62,450 nucleotides of DNA, from assembly GCA_964440945.1 (NCBI GenBank), contig CAYTTZ010000001.1, forward strand, positions 1 to 62,450, written 5' to 3'. Shown here piece after piece: positions 39,422-51,756 of this stretch. Position 1 is the first letter of the stretch. The number at the start of each line of letters is the position of its first letter. Below the pieces are notes generated by a model. It had not been told where the DNA came from. It saw only the letters and a program-made list of their open reading frames with translations, and ran no database searches. The translations under genes were made by a program, and so were the position numbers. Source of the DNA: an uncultured Woeseiaceae bacterium. Its GTDB lineage: Bacteria > Pseudomonadota > Gammaproteobacteria > Steroidobacterales > Woeseiaceae.

Positions 39422-40825
39422 ATGAAACTGTTACCTGCCCTTGCGTTGTTGTTGCTACCTTTCGTTTCGGCCGCGGAAGATCGCTATCTCGTCGACTGGG
39501 AAAAGGTCGGCGACGAAGCCGTCGATTATCTCGTCGACCTGGTCAAGATCGACTCGTCGAACCCACCGGGCAACGAGACTCTCGTAGCGGAGTACCTGAA
39601 AACTGTTCTTGCCGCCGAGGGCATCGAATCGGAGCTGTTCGCACTGGACCCGGATCGTGCCAACCTGGTCACCCGGTACCGCGGCAACGGCTCCAAGCCA
39701 CCGATCCTGATCATGGGACACACCGACGTCGTCGGCGTTCAGGCAGACAAGTGGACAGAGTCCCCGTTCGAAGGCATTCGCAAAGACGGTTACGTCTGGG
39801 GGCGCGGCACACTCGACGACAAGGACAATGTCTCGGCAGGCCTGATGGTAATCCTGCTTTTGAACCGGCTGGACATCGAAATGGATCGCGACATAATATT
39901 TCTCGCTGAGTCCGGCGAAGAAGGCACACCTCATGTGGGCATCAATTTCATGGTCGAAAAGCACTGGGACCAGATCGCAGCCGAGTACGCGCTTGCCGAA
40001 GGCGGCGGCATGCAGGAAGTAGACGGCCACGTGCATGTTGTTGGCGTGCAGACAACGGAGAAGATGCCGCGTCGTGCCACGCTGGTCGCTCGTGGCACCG
40101 CGGGCCATGGCTCCCGCCCGCGTCCTGATAACGCGGTAGCGATGATCGCCGAGGCGGTAGCGAAAGCCGCGGCCTGGGAGACGCCGGTAAGCCTGAACTC
40201 AACGACCCGCGCGTATTTTGAACGCATGGCGACACTGAACGACGGCGATACGGCGTTCCGCTATGCCAACGTCGACAATCTCGAGCACCAGCACGCCATC
40301 GATGAATGGTTTCGTCAGAATGATCCTCTGCACTACTCCAGTGTTCGAACCTCGGTCGTGCCGACGATTATCGATGCCGGTTTTCGAAAGAACGTGATCC
40401 CGTCCGAGGCCACGGCCGTGCTGGATATACGCATGCTACCCGGGGAGGATGTCGAGGGGTTCTACCGCGAGCTCGCCGACGTCATCGACAACCCGGCAAT
40501 CGAGATCGTGCCTGAGGACATCTACCGACCCGCTGCGCCGCCGTCGCAGATCGACAACGAGATGTTCCAGGTAATCGAAGCGGTGTCCGAACGTTTGTAT
40601 CCGCAATCGACCACGTTGCCCATCATGGCGACCGGCGCAACCGACATGTCGCAGCTGCGCGCCAAGGGAACGCCTTCCTACGGTATTGGCCCGGCGCGTA
40701 CGCTAGAGGAAATCAATAGCCGCTTCGGCGCCCACAGCGACGATGAACGCGTCTCGGAGGAGTCGCTGCAGGAAATGATCCGCTTCCTGTGGAACATCAT
40801 CATCGACATCGGCGCCGCTGATTAA
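39422..40825 (+). CDS. secreted M20-family metallopeptidase
   Basis: Signal peptide MKLLPALALLLLPFVSA. M20 motifs GHTDVV, RGTLDDKD, SGEEG. HSDDE near the C terminus. Confidence 0.85.
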   Translation: MKLLPALALLLLPFVSAAEDRYLVDWEKVGDEAVDYLVDLVKIDSSNPPGNETLVAEYLKTVLAAEGIESELFALDPDRANLVTRYRGNGSKPPILIMGHTDVVGVQADKWTESPFEGIRKDGYVWGRGTLDDKDNVSAGLMVILLLNRLDIEMDRDIIFLAESGEEGTPHVGINFMVEKHWDQIAAEYALAEGGGMQEVDGHVHVVGVQTTEKMPRRATLVARGTAGHGSRPRPDNAVAMIAEAVAKAAAWETPVSLNSTTRAYFERMATLNDGDTAFRYANVDNLEHQHAIDEWFRQNDPLHYSSVRTSVVPTIIDAGFRKNVIPSEATAVLDIRMLPGEDVEGFYRELADVIDNPAIEIVPEDIYRPAAPPSQIDNEMFQVIEAVSERLYPQSTTLPIMATGATDMSQLRAKGTPSYGIGPARTLEEINSRFGAHSDDERVSEESLQEMIRFLWNIIIDIGAAD

Positions 40826-40855
40826 AGCGCCACGCCAGGAACGCAAACAGGCTGC

Positions 40856-40887
40856 AAAAAAAACACCCGGGAGCTGCCTCCCGGGTG
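40856..40887 (-). terminator. intrinsic terminator (canonical for the minus-strand DUF4397 gene; may also stop the plus-strand M20 gene)
   Basis: 10-bp perfect stem cacccgggag (40864-40873) / ctcccgggtg (40878-40887) with loop ctgc. An adjacent A8 run reads as a U-tract on the minus strand. Confidence 0.75.
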
Positions 40888-40919
40888 CCTTGTACTACTG
40901 TTGATTCTTGTGTCTAAAC

Positions 40920-42518
40920 TTAGGGACAAGCCGGTACGTTGGTCATGTCAATAATCAGCGGAGCGGGATCAAGACCACCAGTCGCCAGATCACGCGCGAT
41001 TACGTTCAGTACTGAACCACCCGTGGTGAAGTCCAGACCAAGCAGTTCGATCGCGGGTGTTATGGAATCGGCTCCCGTCACAACGGCGTCGTAGATGCCG
41101 CTAGCGATGGAAAGCTGACCCGTGTCTGCGCCAAACGGTACATCCTCGAACGCCGGAGTGACGGTGTTGTCGATGGCGGTGCCTGTCGGTACGAGGTAAA
41201 TATCTACCAGGCCGGTGCTCGGCGAGCCGTGCGTTACGCGCAACTTTGTCTCGGTAAACACGCTGCGACGGTCATCGACCTGCGGCAGCGCCGTGATGGC
41301 CGGCGTAAGGCCTGCCATGTTCAGGTCAAGAAAGCCTGAAACGATGGCTGTTACCTCGGTGCTGGGATCTACTATCAGCGGGAACTGCGCGGCAACAATG
41401 CTGTTGTCGGCATTGGCTACGACACTGATCGTGTAGTCGCCCGGAGCCGGAACAGCGTTGAGATCACAGAACTCACCGAAAGCGACGTTTCGTACCAGCG
41501 GCAGTGCTTCGTCGTTCGCCGTGCTGTTTACGTCAGCAAGAATATCGACGGCCGGTGCGTCCGGAGACAGGTGAACGGCGATAGCCGAAGCCGGAGTGGC
41601 TACGTCTTCAATCTTGGCCGCGGCCGTGCCGTCGAGCACGATCAGGTCGACCGCTGATGCGCCCGGACCGGTGTTGTCGATCGCTACGATCATCAGGTCA
41701 GCGCCCGCGGCAAGTGAGATCTCACCGGAGTCGAACACAGGCGTCAGAGTTGCGTCGCCATCGGCGACGATGCGGATCTGGTAGTCACCCTCAGGTACTT
41801 CGAGCTGGCCCGTGTAGTCTTCGAAAGACAGCGGTGTGCCAACGCCGTTTACCGGCGAGGCCATGGACAGGTCGTCGCCGAGGCCCGTCACGTAGACGTT
41901 AACCGCCGGAGCAGATGCAGATCCATGTACGATCTGTGCCCGGAAGAATCCCGGTGTAATAAGGCTGTCGGACGGGTTGACGATCGGCAGAGCAAATACG
42001 CCCAGGCCGTCATCGGCCGGATCTACTGTACCGACGGCGAGAATGCTTGCCTCGGTGTTGTAGTCGAGGTTGACGTCTGCGTCGATAACAATCGCGTTAC
42101 CGGCCGGTGTAATCGCCTCAACCTGGATGTTGTTCTGCTCAACCACCGGTACGAAGCCGGAACCCTGGCTGTAGTCAACGCCGGTCAGCGCGGTCGCGCC
42201 GTTGACGATGATGTTTACAGCGGGTGCGTCAGGCGATGCGTGCAGCGCACGAACCGTCGGGGTTGCTTCACACTCGAGGATTTCGGTTGACGCTACTTCG
42301 CCAGCATCGAGTACGTCGTTGCGGTTAGCATCGAGACCGCTATCCAGTGCCGTACCACCGCCGAGACATGCTGCATCGCCCTTGGGGATGTCGCGAACCG
42401 CTACCAGTGAATTGAAGCCGCTGGCTCCGTTTGTGCCATTTGCGCCGTCGTCGCCGTCGCAGGCAGCGAGAAACATGGCTGCGGACAGCATGCTCGCTAC
42501 GTAAATTTGCTTTTTCAT
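40920..42518 (-). CDS. lipoprotein with repeated DUF4397 domains
   Basis: Lipobox MFLAAC. At least four repeats carry the signature H.SPDAPAVD/N (RALHASPDAPAVNIIVNG, VHGSASAPAVNVYV, VHLSPDAPAVDILAD, THGSPSTGLVDIYL). Confidence 0.75.
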   Translation of the reverse strand: MKKQIYVASMLSAAMFLAACDGDDGANGTNGASGFNSLVAVRDIPKGDAACLGGGTALDSGLDANRNDVLDAGEVASTEILECEATPTVRALHASPDAPAVNIIVNGATALTGVDYSQGSGFVPVVEQNNIQVEAITPAGNAIVIDADVNLDYNTEASILAVGTVDPADDGLGVFALPIVNPSDSLITPGFFRAQIVHGSASAPAVNVYVTGLGDDLSMASPVNGVGTPLSFEDYTGQLEVPEGDYQIRIVADGDATLTPVFDSGEISLAAGADLMIVAIDNTGPGASAVDLIVLDGTAAAKIEDVATPASAIAVHLSPDAPAVDILADVNSTANDEALPLVRNVAFGEFCDLNAVPAPGDYTISVVANADNSIVAAQFPLIVDPSTEVTAIVSGFLDLNMAGLTPAITALPQVDDRRSVFTETKLRVTHGSPSTGLVDIYLVPTGTAIDNTVTPAFEDVPFGADTGQLSIASGIYDAVVTGADSITPAIELLGLDFTTGGSVLNVIARDLATGGLDPAPLIIDMTNVPACP

Positions 42519-42886
42519 TGTAAAACTCCTGCCGATGAATTTGAGCAGCCATCCTAGGGCCACCCTTGATCGCGTTCACCCCGCTTTCGGTAACTGATTG
42601 TTTCAAAACGTAACGGTGCGATTTAGGACAGCGATTCGGCCGATTGCGGGCACTGGACCCGACTGCGAGGTGGCCGCGAAGCGTGAGGAGGCACTCAAGG
42701 TCTGGCGACTGTCCCTTGTTGGCAAGTCCCCTGCTCCCTCAGGGCCGTCTGCGCGGAATTCGTCGCTTGGGTGCATAATTCTGCTATTATCCGCCGGCTT
42801 CAAGGCAACACCCCATCCCGCATTTCCAGTTAAATCAGTCGCTTACCGCCTGATAGCCGGTAGCTGCGGGCGACCGTACTCGGCAA

Positions 42887-44515
<1,629 letters not shown>

Positions 44516-44521
44516 CGGGAG

Positions 44522-45907
44522 TTACTTCAGAATGCGGGCCCGGTATTTTCTGCCTTTGATCGGTCGGCTTGCCAACTGTTGTACCGCCTTCTTTGCCTGC
44601 GCGTTTTGCACAGCCACATAGCTGACCGTATCAAACAGGTCGATCGATCCGACAACGTCGCCCGACACACCGCCCGCCGCCGTCAGTGCTCCCAGCAAAT
44701 CGCCGGGACGCAGCTTGTTCTTGCGCCCGCCGCTGACCTGTATCGTAGTCATCGTCGCCGACAGGGAGTCAACCGGCTGTTTCGAATCCGGGATTCCGCG
44801 CTCGGGAAGCTTGCTGTCCGTCAGCGAGGTTTCGATATCTATCAGGCGCCGCATCTCGCGAGGCTCGACGAGGCTTACGGCTATGCCCTCTTTTCCGGCA
44901 CGTCCGGTCCGACCGATACGATGAACATACACTTCCGGCTGCGGCGGCAGCTCATAGTTGAATACGGCGTCCACATCGTCGACATCGAGGCCTCGTGCCG
45001 CCACATCTGTTGCAACCAGTACGCTCGCGCTGCGGTTGGCGAAACGAACCAGGACCTGTGTGCGCTGTGGCTGATCGAGATCGCCGTGCAGCGCGACGGT
45101 GCCAATGCCTTCGGACCTCAAGAAACCTGCGACTTCGGCGCAGTCAATCTTGGTATTGCAGAACACCAGGTTGAGCCCGCCGCCCCACGCCCGCAGTGCC
45201 CGCAGCAACTGGTCGTTTCTGTTCTCCCTGGTTACGCTGCACCAGTGCTGTTCAATCTTTACAGGCTGCTCGTCGTCCGTCACATCGATCGTTATCGGAT
45301 TGCGCTGGACCCTCTCACTCATGCCGGCGATGGCGTCTGGATACGTCGCGCTGAATAACAAGGTCTGACGGTCTTTCGGCACGAACGCAAGAATGGCATC
45401 CAGTTCATCCATGAACCCCATGTCCAGCATTCTATCGGCCTCATCCAGCACCAGGGTTCGCAGGCCGTCCAGTGTGACCGTCGATTTATTGAGGTGCTTG
45501 AGCACGCGCCCCGGTGTGCCAACGATGATATGCGGACTGTGCTGTAGCGAGGCGTTCTGCGGGCCGAGCGGTGCGCCACCGCACAGCGTCAGGATCTTGA
45601 TATTGGGTATCGCCTGGGCCAGTCGTCGCACTTCCTTCGCAACCTGGTCCGCCAGCTCACGCGTAGGACACAACACCAGGGCCTGGACACGAAACGACGC
45701 AGGGTCCAGTTGGTCAAGCAGCCCAAGGCCGAAAGCCGCCGTCTTGCCGCTACCAGTTTTGGCCCGAGCGATTACATCGCGACCCTTCAGCACCTCCGGG
45801 AGTGCCTGGGCCTGCACCATCGTCATTTCCACATAGCCGATGTCGGCTAGTTTGCCCAGCAGTGCAGGATTCAGTTCGAGGGTATCGAATGCGGACGCGT
45901 CGGACAT
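44522..45907 (-). CDS. dbpA: ATP-dependent RNA helicase DbpA
   Basis: Collinear with E. coli DbpA: AKTGSGKTAAFGLGLL, LVLCPTRELADQV, LDEADRMLDMGF, LLFSAT, HRIGRTGRAG. C-terminal DbpA RNA-binding domain (GGRKNKLRPGDLLGALT...ARILK). Confidence 0.9.
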   Translation of the reverse strand: MSDASAFDTLELNPALLGKLADIGYVEMTMVQAQALPEVLKGRDVIARAKTGSGKTAAFGLGLLDQLDPASFRVQALVLCPTRELADQVAKEVRRLAQAIPNIKILTLCGGAPLGPQNASLQHSPHIIVGTPGRVLKHLNKSTVTLDGLRTLVLDEADRMLDMGFMDELDAILAFVPKDRQTLLFSATYPDAIAGMSERVQRNPITIDVTDDEQPVKIEQHWCSVTRENRNDQLLRALRAWGGGLNLVFCNTKIDCAEVAGFLRSEGIGTVALHGDLDQPQRTQVLVRFANRSASVLVATDVAARGLDVDDVDAVFNYELPPQPEVYVHRIGRTGRAGKEGIAVSLVEPREMRRLIDIETSLTDSKLPERGIPDSKQPVDSLSATMTTIQVSGGRKNKLRPGDLLGALTAAGGVSGDVVGSIDLFDTVSYVAVQNAQAKKAVQQLASRPIKGRKYRARILK

Positions 45908-46109
45908 AGGGGCGCGAGTATACGCCGAACCGATATCGAAACGATCAATTCTCAAATTCGGCGGAGTTACTTGCTCATCGACCGGCACTCAATTCAACTC
46001 GGTCCATCAGCTGCCAACGCTTTCCACTGGGCAGCCCAGAGGCATCCTCGACCAAAAAGCACTACCGGCGTACACTTATTCGATAGTTTTTTGACAAAAG
46101 GCCCACCTG

Positions 46110-48839
46110 ATGTCGACAGTCCTGTCTCGCTTTCTATTCGCTTCCATCGTCGCTGTGTTGTGCATGTCCGCCTGCCAACAGAATCCTGATTCCTCAGACA
46201 CGCCGTCAGAATCCGTCGCGGCATCACAAGTCGATGCAGCAGCCGATGAGATTCCACGTGGCCAGTTATCCCGTGACGTGACTCCTGTCGCCTACGAGGT
46301 CGACTTGACCATCGTTCCGGAAATGGATGGCTTTAGCGGCAGCGTGATCATTGACCTCGATATTGCCCCTGGCAAGGACCACTTCTATCTGCATGGCAAG
46401 GATATCGTCGCCAGCAATGTGCAGGTAACCAGCGGGGAGCAGGTTCTTACGGCGTCCTACGAACAGGTCGACGACACCGGTATCGTCAAAATCGGCCTGC
46501 CGCAGGCCGTCCAGGGAAGGGTGCATCTGCAAATAGATTATGACGCCCCTTTCAACAAGGCGTTACAGGGCTTGTACAAGGTCTCTGAGAGCGGCCAGGA
46601 CTATGCCTTTACCCAGTTCGAGGCGATCTCTGCCCGCCTGGCTTTCCCCGGCTTCGACGAACCGCGTTTCAAGACCCCGTTTGATATCACGCTGCGCGTA
46701 CCCGAGAACCAGGTTGCGATCAGCAATACGCCGGAGCTTTCGACGGAAGTTGTGGATGGCATGAAGATCGTGCGCTTTGCTCCGACGAAGCCGCTGCCAA
46801 CCTACCTGATCGCATTCGCAGTCGGTGACTTTGATGTCGTTGAATGGGCAGACTTGCCAGCCACGGATGTTCGCCCGCGACCGCTACCACTGCGTGGCAT
46901 TGCAGTAAAAGGCAAAGGCGAACAACTGGCCTATGCCCTGGAGGGGACCAATGCCATTGTCACCGCGCTGGAGAGCTACTTCGGTACGCCCTACCCCTGG
47001 GCCAAGCTGGATATCCTAGCGGTGCCCGATTTCGCCGCTGGGGCAATGGAAAACGCCGGCGCCATTACCTATCGCGAAACCCTGTTGTTGTTCGATGACA
47101 CCGCTACGCCGGCTCGCAAACGCAGCTACAAGATGGTGCATGCACACGAGCTTGCCCATCAATGGTTCGGTGACCTGGTTACACCCGCCTGGTGGAACGA
47201 CATCTGGCTGAATGAGGCTTTCGCAACCTGGATGGCGCATGTCGCTATGGACATAGCAGAACCCGACGCCAACTATCGTCGCGACCTGCTGTCCCGTGGG
47301 CTGTCGGTCATGGCGGGCGACTCGCTGGTGAATGCGCGCCAGATTCGGCAACCGATCTTGAGTAACAATGATATTGCCACCGCATTCGACGGTATCACCT
47401 ACAGCAAGGGCGGCGCAGTACTCTCGATGTTCGAAAACCTCCTTGGACGGGAAGATTTTCGCCAGGGCGTCCGTAACTACATGGACGAATTCCAGTACGG
47501 TACAGCGACCGCGGACGATTTTATCCGCCACCTGGCGGCAGCTTCGACAGGCCAGCCGAAAGAGCTCGTGATTGAGTCATTCAATTCTTTCCTGGAACAG
47601 CCCGGACTGCCACTGGTTGAAGTCGCCAGTCAGTGCAGCGACAGTGATGTCAGTGTGTCGTTAAAACAATCCCGTTACTTCCCGCTTGGCTCAGAAGGTG
47701 AGCAAACGCAACGATGGAAGATCCCGGTTTGTTTGCGCACCGGCAGTTCGAATGACAGCGTCGAGACCTGCCTGATGCTAACTGAAGAACAGCAGCGCTT
47801 TGATTTGCCGCAGGCGTGTCCTGAGTGGATCATGCCGAACGCAGACAGCGTCGGTTATTATCGCTTTGCCATGACCCAGCAAGACTGGAACAACCTGCTT
47901 GCCAACAGCGACAAACAGAATCCGGAAGAAATGATGGCTATGCTCGGCAGCCTCAAAGGTGCCTTCAATTCGGGCGACCTGGACGTTGCCACATTGATGT
48001 CAATTACTCCAGAGCTCATTGCCAACCCGGGATGGCAGATCGCAACCGCGCCTATCGAGCACATGGAGTTCATGTATAACAAAATGGCCGACGAGCGGCA
48101 GAAGCTGGCCCTTGAACAGCGTTTTGCAGATTTCTACGCCGGCAAACTTGAAGCTACGGGTCTGAGTGCCACTGACGACCGCGATAAGGCGAAATTACAA
48201 GCTGCGCTGGTAGAATTCCTGGCTGAAACAGCCCGGCATCCGGCGTTGCGAACCGAGTTGGTAACGATGGCTCGTGCGTACAGCGGCTACGGCACAGACG
48301 ACCTGCTTCATCCCGATAAAGCCAACCCGATCATTATCGGCACCGCGCTGGGAGTTGCCGTAGACGAACTGGGAGATGAGTTTGTCGATCATATGCTGCA
48401 GCTGGGGCTTGGTTCGACCGATGCCGTAGTCCGTGGACGTGCGCTGACTGCGGTTGGGAACACCAAGGACCCTGCCAAGTCAGCAGAGATCCGGGACCTG
48501 ATGCTGTCGCCGGATTTACGCAACAACGAGATATGGAGCATCCTGCTTCCGCAGGCCTTTTTGCCAGAGACCCGTGATGCGACCTGGACCTGGTTGCAGC
48601 AAAACCTCGATGGCATCTTTGCCCGCATGCCCGAGCCCAGTTGGGGCCAGATAACATACGTGGGCAGCGCCTTTTGCGACTCCGCGAAACGCGCTGAAAT
48701 CGAGACATTTTTCGCCGAGCGCATCAGCAACATGACAGGGGGTCCAAGGAACCTTGCCAAGGCGCTGGAGCGTATCGACCTGTGTGTCGCCAAGGTCGAA
48801 CGACACCGCGCTGACATGGATGCCTGGCTGGGGCAGTAA
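46110..48839 (+). CDS. M1-family aminopeptidase (aminopeptidase N-like) lipoprotein with ERAP1-like C-terminal domain
   Basis: Lipobox LCMSAC. Exopeptidase motif GAMENAG. Zinc site HELAHQWFGD...WLNEAFA. Confidence 0.9.
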   Translation: MSTVLSRFLFASIVAVLCMSACQQNPDSSDTPSESVAASQVDAAADEIPRGQLSRDVTPVAYEVDLTIVPEMDGFSGSVIIDLDIAPGKDHFYLHGKDIVASNVQVTSGEQVLTASYEQVDDTGIVKIGLPQAVQGRVHLQIDYDAPFNKALQGLYKVSESGQDYAFTQFEAISARLAFPGFDEPRFKTPFDITLRVPENQVAISNTPELSTEVVDGMKIVRFAPTKPLPTYLIAFAVGDFDVVEWADLPATDVRPRPLPLRGIAVKGKGEQLAYALEGTNAIVTALESYFGTPYPWAKLDILAVPDFAAGAMENAGAITYRETLLLFDDTATPARKRSYKMVHAHELAHQWFGDLVTPAWWNDIWLNEAFATWMAHVAMDIAEPDANYRRDLLSRGLSVMAGDSLVNARQIRQPILSNNDIATAFDGITYSKGGAVLSMFENLLGREDFRQGVRNYMDEFQYGTATADDFIRHLAAASTGQPKELVIESFNSFLEQPGLPLVEVASQCSDSDVSVSLKQSRYFPLGSEGEQTQRWKIPVCLRTGSSNDSVETCLMLTEEQQRFDLPQACPEWIMPNADSVGYYRFAMTQQDWNNLLANSDKQNPEEMMAMLGSLKGAFNSGDLDVATLMSITPELIANPGWQIATAPIEHMEFMYNKMADERQKLALEQRFADFYAGKLEATGLSATDDRDKAKLQAALVEFLAETARHPALRTELVTMARAYSGYGTDDLLHPDKANPIIIGTALGVAVDELGDEFVDHMLQLGLGSTDAVVRGRALTAVGNTKDPAKSAEIRDLMLSPDLRNNEIWSILLPQAFLPETRDATWTWLQQNLDGIFARMPEPSWGQITYVGSAFCDSAKRAEIETFFAERISNMTGGPRNLAKALERIDLCVAKVERHRADMDAWLGQ

Positions 48840-48845
48840 TCGGCA

Positions 48846-48861
48846 CCGGGCTTGTGCCCGG
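48846..48861. terminator. short hairpin between convergent genes (weak terminator candidate)
   Basis: ccgggc (48846-48851), loop ttgt, gcccgg (48856-48861). No clear U-tract. Confidence 0.35.
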
Positions 48862-48868
48862 CACCGAC

Positions 48869-51106
48869 TTAATCTGCGGCCGGTTTAAGCTCCCTGTTGA
48901 AGAACTTCATCATCAACTCTGTGCGATGGGTATTGATGTTGGGGTCACGAAAACCGTGCGTTTCATTCGGGTACATCATGCTTTCGAAGGGCACGCCCTT
49001 CTTTTGCATTTCCCGGAACAGCAGGGTGCTGTGATTGAGCAAGACATTGTCGTCCGCCATGCCGTGGATAACCAGGAGCGAGCCCTTTAGCGCGTCCACG
49101 TGGCTCAATACGTTCGAGACATCGTAGCCCTCGGAGTTTTCAGCCGGTGTCGACATGAAACGCTCGGTATAGTGCGTGTCGTAAAGGCGCCAGTCCGTCA
49201 CCGGGGCACCTGCTACGCCTGCCTTGAAGGCATCGGGGGCCTGCATCATCGCCATCAACGTCATGTAGCCACCGTACGACCAGCCGTAGATTCCTATTCG
49301 CTGCGGATCTACGAAAGGCAGTGACCTGAGGTAATCTACGCCGCGCTCCTGGTCGCGCACTTCGACGACAGACATCTGCTTGTGAATCGGAAATTCGAAA
49401 GCGGTACCTCGATTGGTGCCGCCTCTATTGTCCAGCGTAAAGACGATATAGCCCTGCTGTTGCAGGTACTGGTGGAAGATGGCGTTGCGACTCCACACGT
49501 TTGCGACCGATTGTGCACCTGGACCCCCGTACGTATAGACGATTACCGGGTAGCGCTTCTTCGGATCGAAATCGAATGGCTTGAGTAACGAGTAGTGCAG
49601 CGTCTGGCCGTCTTCCGCAACAAGGGTGCCAAACTCGGGCGCCTGGTGGTGATCCACGTAAGGAAAGTACGGATGGCTCTCATCGAGGGTATTCTCGATC
49701 AGCCAGGTCAGACGCTCGCCGTTTATCGAATGCACGCTGACACGCGTCGGAAGGTTGCTGCTCGAGAAAGAATCGATGTAGGCGTCCGCGGAATCAGCCA
49801 TGTCGAGCGTGTGCCAGCCGCCGGCCGCGGTTATCCTCTTGGGAGGCGTATCACCGGATAGCGCGGCCTCGTAGAGATGATTTTCGAGCACCGTGTCCGC
49901 GAATCCATCGAAGAACAGCACGCCACGATCCTCGTCTATGGCCAGCAACTCATCGACTACCCAATCACCTGACGTTATCTGTGCGATCTGCTTGCCACTG
50001 AGGTCGTAGCGATAGAGGTGCTGGTAGCCGGACCGTTCCGAGGTCCAGATGAATTCACCCGGCGAATACTTCAAGAACTTCAGGTTGTTGTGGAGATTCA
50101 GCCAGACATCGCTGGTCTCGGTCAGCACAATACGGCTGTCACCGTCCGACGGATCCGCGGCCATCAGATCGAGGCGCTTCTGGTCGCGAGCCTGGCGCTG
50201 AAATACAACAGTTGATGAGTCCGGTGTCCAGTCAACACGCGCCAGGTAGATGTTCTCGTCATCGCCAAGGTCCACCCAGGTGCGCCTGCCCGTGGCGAGT
50301 TCCAGCGTGCCGAGTTTGATGTTTACGTTGTCCTTGCCTGTAAACGGATACCGCTCTTCCGTAACTCTGAAACTGTTCTCGAAGATCTGGTAGCGCTTTG
50401 CCAGCTCGACCGGCGACTCGTCGACACGTGTAAAGGCGATAAAGCGATCGTCCGGTGACCACCAGTAACCAGTATCGCGGTCCATTTCTTCCATGGAGAT
50501 GAATTCGGCCATGCCGTTGCGAACGGTACCCTCACCGTCCGATGTCAGCTGCAATTCCTTGCCACTTGCGATATCGATCGCAAACAGGTCCTGGTCGCGA
50601 ACAAAGGACACGTAACGACCGGTCTCCGACACCTTGGCGTCCGTTTCGAACGCCTCGGTACTCGTCAGCCGGTCAACGGCTTCTCCAGATGCAGCGTCAA
50701 GACGGTACAGGTACAGGTCGCCCCCCAGTGGGAAAAGAATGCTCTTTGCATCCGGGGCCCAGGTGTATTCGACGATACCCTTGCCACCGATGCGCATGCG
50801 TTCGCGACGGGCTTTCTCGACTTCGTCGAGTTGCTCCTCGTCCGGCATCAACACACGGGAGTCGACCAGCATACGATTGGTGGCGTCGCCGATATGGTAT
50901 TCCCAGAGATCCTGCTGCCGACGGTCATCCTCTTTGCCGCGAAGGTACGTAACCCGGGTACCGTCAGGCGAGAATTCCAGCTTTACAGGGCGCGTGCCGC
51001 TGATATTAGGGCTGCCGAACATTCGCTCGATCGTCAGCTCTTCTGCCTGCGCCTGGCACGCGAATGCCAAAACGATAACTAGTAATAATCTCAGTTGGCT
51101 GACCAT
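48869..51106 (-). CDS. S9B dipeptidyl-peptidase IV family serine peptidase
   Basis: Signal peptide and a beta-propeller N-terminal half. Nucleophile GWSYGGYM, and the Asp and His regions HGMADDNV and ETHGF. Confidence 0.9.
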   Translation of the reverse strand: MVSQLRLLLVIVLAFACQAQAEELTIERMFGSPNISGTRPVKLEFSPDGTRVTYLRGKEDDRRQQDLWEYHIGDATNRMLVDSRVLMPDEEQLDEVEKARRERMRIGGKGIVEYTWAPDAKSILFPLGGDLYLYRLDAASGEAVDRLTSTEAFETDAKVSETGRYVSFVRDQDLFAIDIASGKELQLTSDGEGTVRNGMAEFISMEEMDRDTGYWWSPDDRFIAFTRVDESPVELAKRYQIFENSFRVTEERYPFTGKDNVNIKLGTLELATGRRTWVDLGDDENIYLARVDWTPDSSTVVFQRQARDQKRLDLMAADPSDGDSRIVLTETSDVWLNLHNNLKFLKYSPGEFIWTSERSGYQHLYRYDLSGKQIAQITSGDWVVDELLAIDEDRGVLFFDGFADTVLENHLYEAALSGDTPPKRITAAGGWHTLDMADSADAYIDSFSSSNLPTRVSVHSINGERLTWLIENTLDESHPYFPYVDHHQAPEFGTLVAEDGQTLHYSLLKPFDFDPKKRYPVIVYTYGGPGAQSVANVWSRNAIFHQYLQQQGYIVFTLDNRGGTNRGTAFEFPIHKQMSVVEVRDQERGVDYLRSLPFVDPQRIGIYGWSYGGYMTLMAMMQAPDAFKAGVAGAPVTDWRLYDTHYTERFMSTPAENSEGYDVSNVLSHVDALKGSLLVIHGMADDNVLLNHSTLLFREMQKKGVPFESMMYPNETHGFRDPNINTHRTELMMKFFNRELKPAAD

Positions 51107-51185
51107 TGGATTCTTCCAAGCTCTCAGGAGGGGTCGAATTGTAGCAACCCTGAGGCTTCGGAGCCCGCCATAAGCGGCGACCGGT

Positions 51186-51407
51186 CTAGTCGTCGTACTT
51201 CTTTTTCAGCGCATCGGCTAGAAACTGCCCCGTATTGTTATACGGATCGCAATCCAGCTCATAGGCTTCGTCGATCTCCAGCATGGTAACGTCGATCTTC
51301 TCGACAACAGGCTGTTTCGTTTTGCCGCTTTCATCGCCATTGAGTTTTACACTAACCGGCCTGTCTGCGGCGTTCTGTGGCGCCTTTAAATAGGTTGACA
51401 TAGTCAT
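51186..51407 (-). CDS. small acidic hypothetical protein (73 aa)
   Basis: It fills an otherwise empty gap, and GGAGG lies upstream (aggaggcatgac on the minus strand). No family recognised. It contains CDPYNNTG. Confidence 0.45.
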   Translation of the reverse strand: MTMSTYLKAPQNAADRPVSVKLNGDESGKTKQPVVEKIDVTMLEIDEAYELDCDPYNNTGQFLADALKKKYDD

Positions 51408-51756
51408 GCCTCCTGCATTCTGTTCACAGGATTAAGCATAGGTTGCGGCATCACACTTGGGAATGTCAGAGATCGGGCCACTCGCACCGCCCATCGGATT
51501 CTCGCCACCGGTCGCCTGAAAACGACCGCTCATCGATGGATCGATAATCGGGGTGGCTGCTGCGTGACGACGAAAGTCCATTCCCTGATCGGGTCTGACT
51601 CGCATCGGACGCCAGGTAGGGAAGCACCCTCAACGAGCTCGCGTGACTGAGCGCCGAGGCTATAGGTGTCGCCATCTTGCATTTCTGACGCCGAGTTCCC
51701 AGAATCGACCACTCAGCTGGCCGCACCCGCGGACTGCGGGAACCTGGAGATAAGCA

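Noticed and set aside
51540-51680. An RNase P RNA-like fragment: cgaaagtcc followed by gccaggta, reminiscent of the GGAAAGUCCGGGC and GUGCCAGGUAACGCC regions of M1 RNA.
   Set aside because: I could not find the other universally conserved blocks on either strand (the ACAGAACCCGGCUUA-type CR-V and the AGGGUGAAA and GUAAGAGCGCACC regions). The gap is also too short for a full type-A RNase P RNA.
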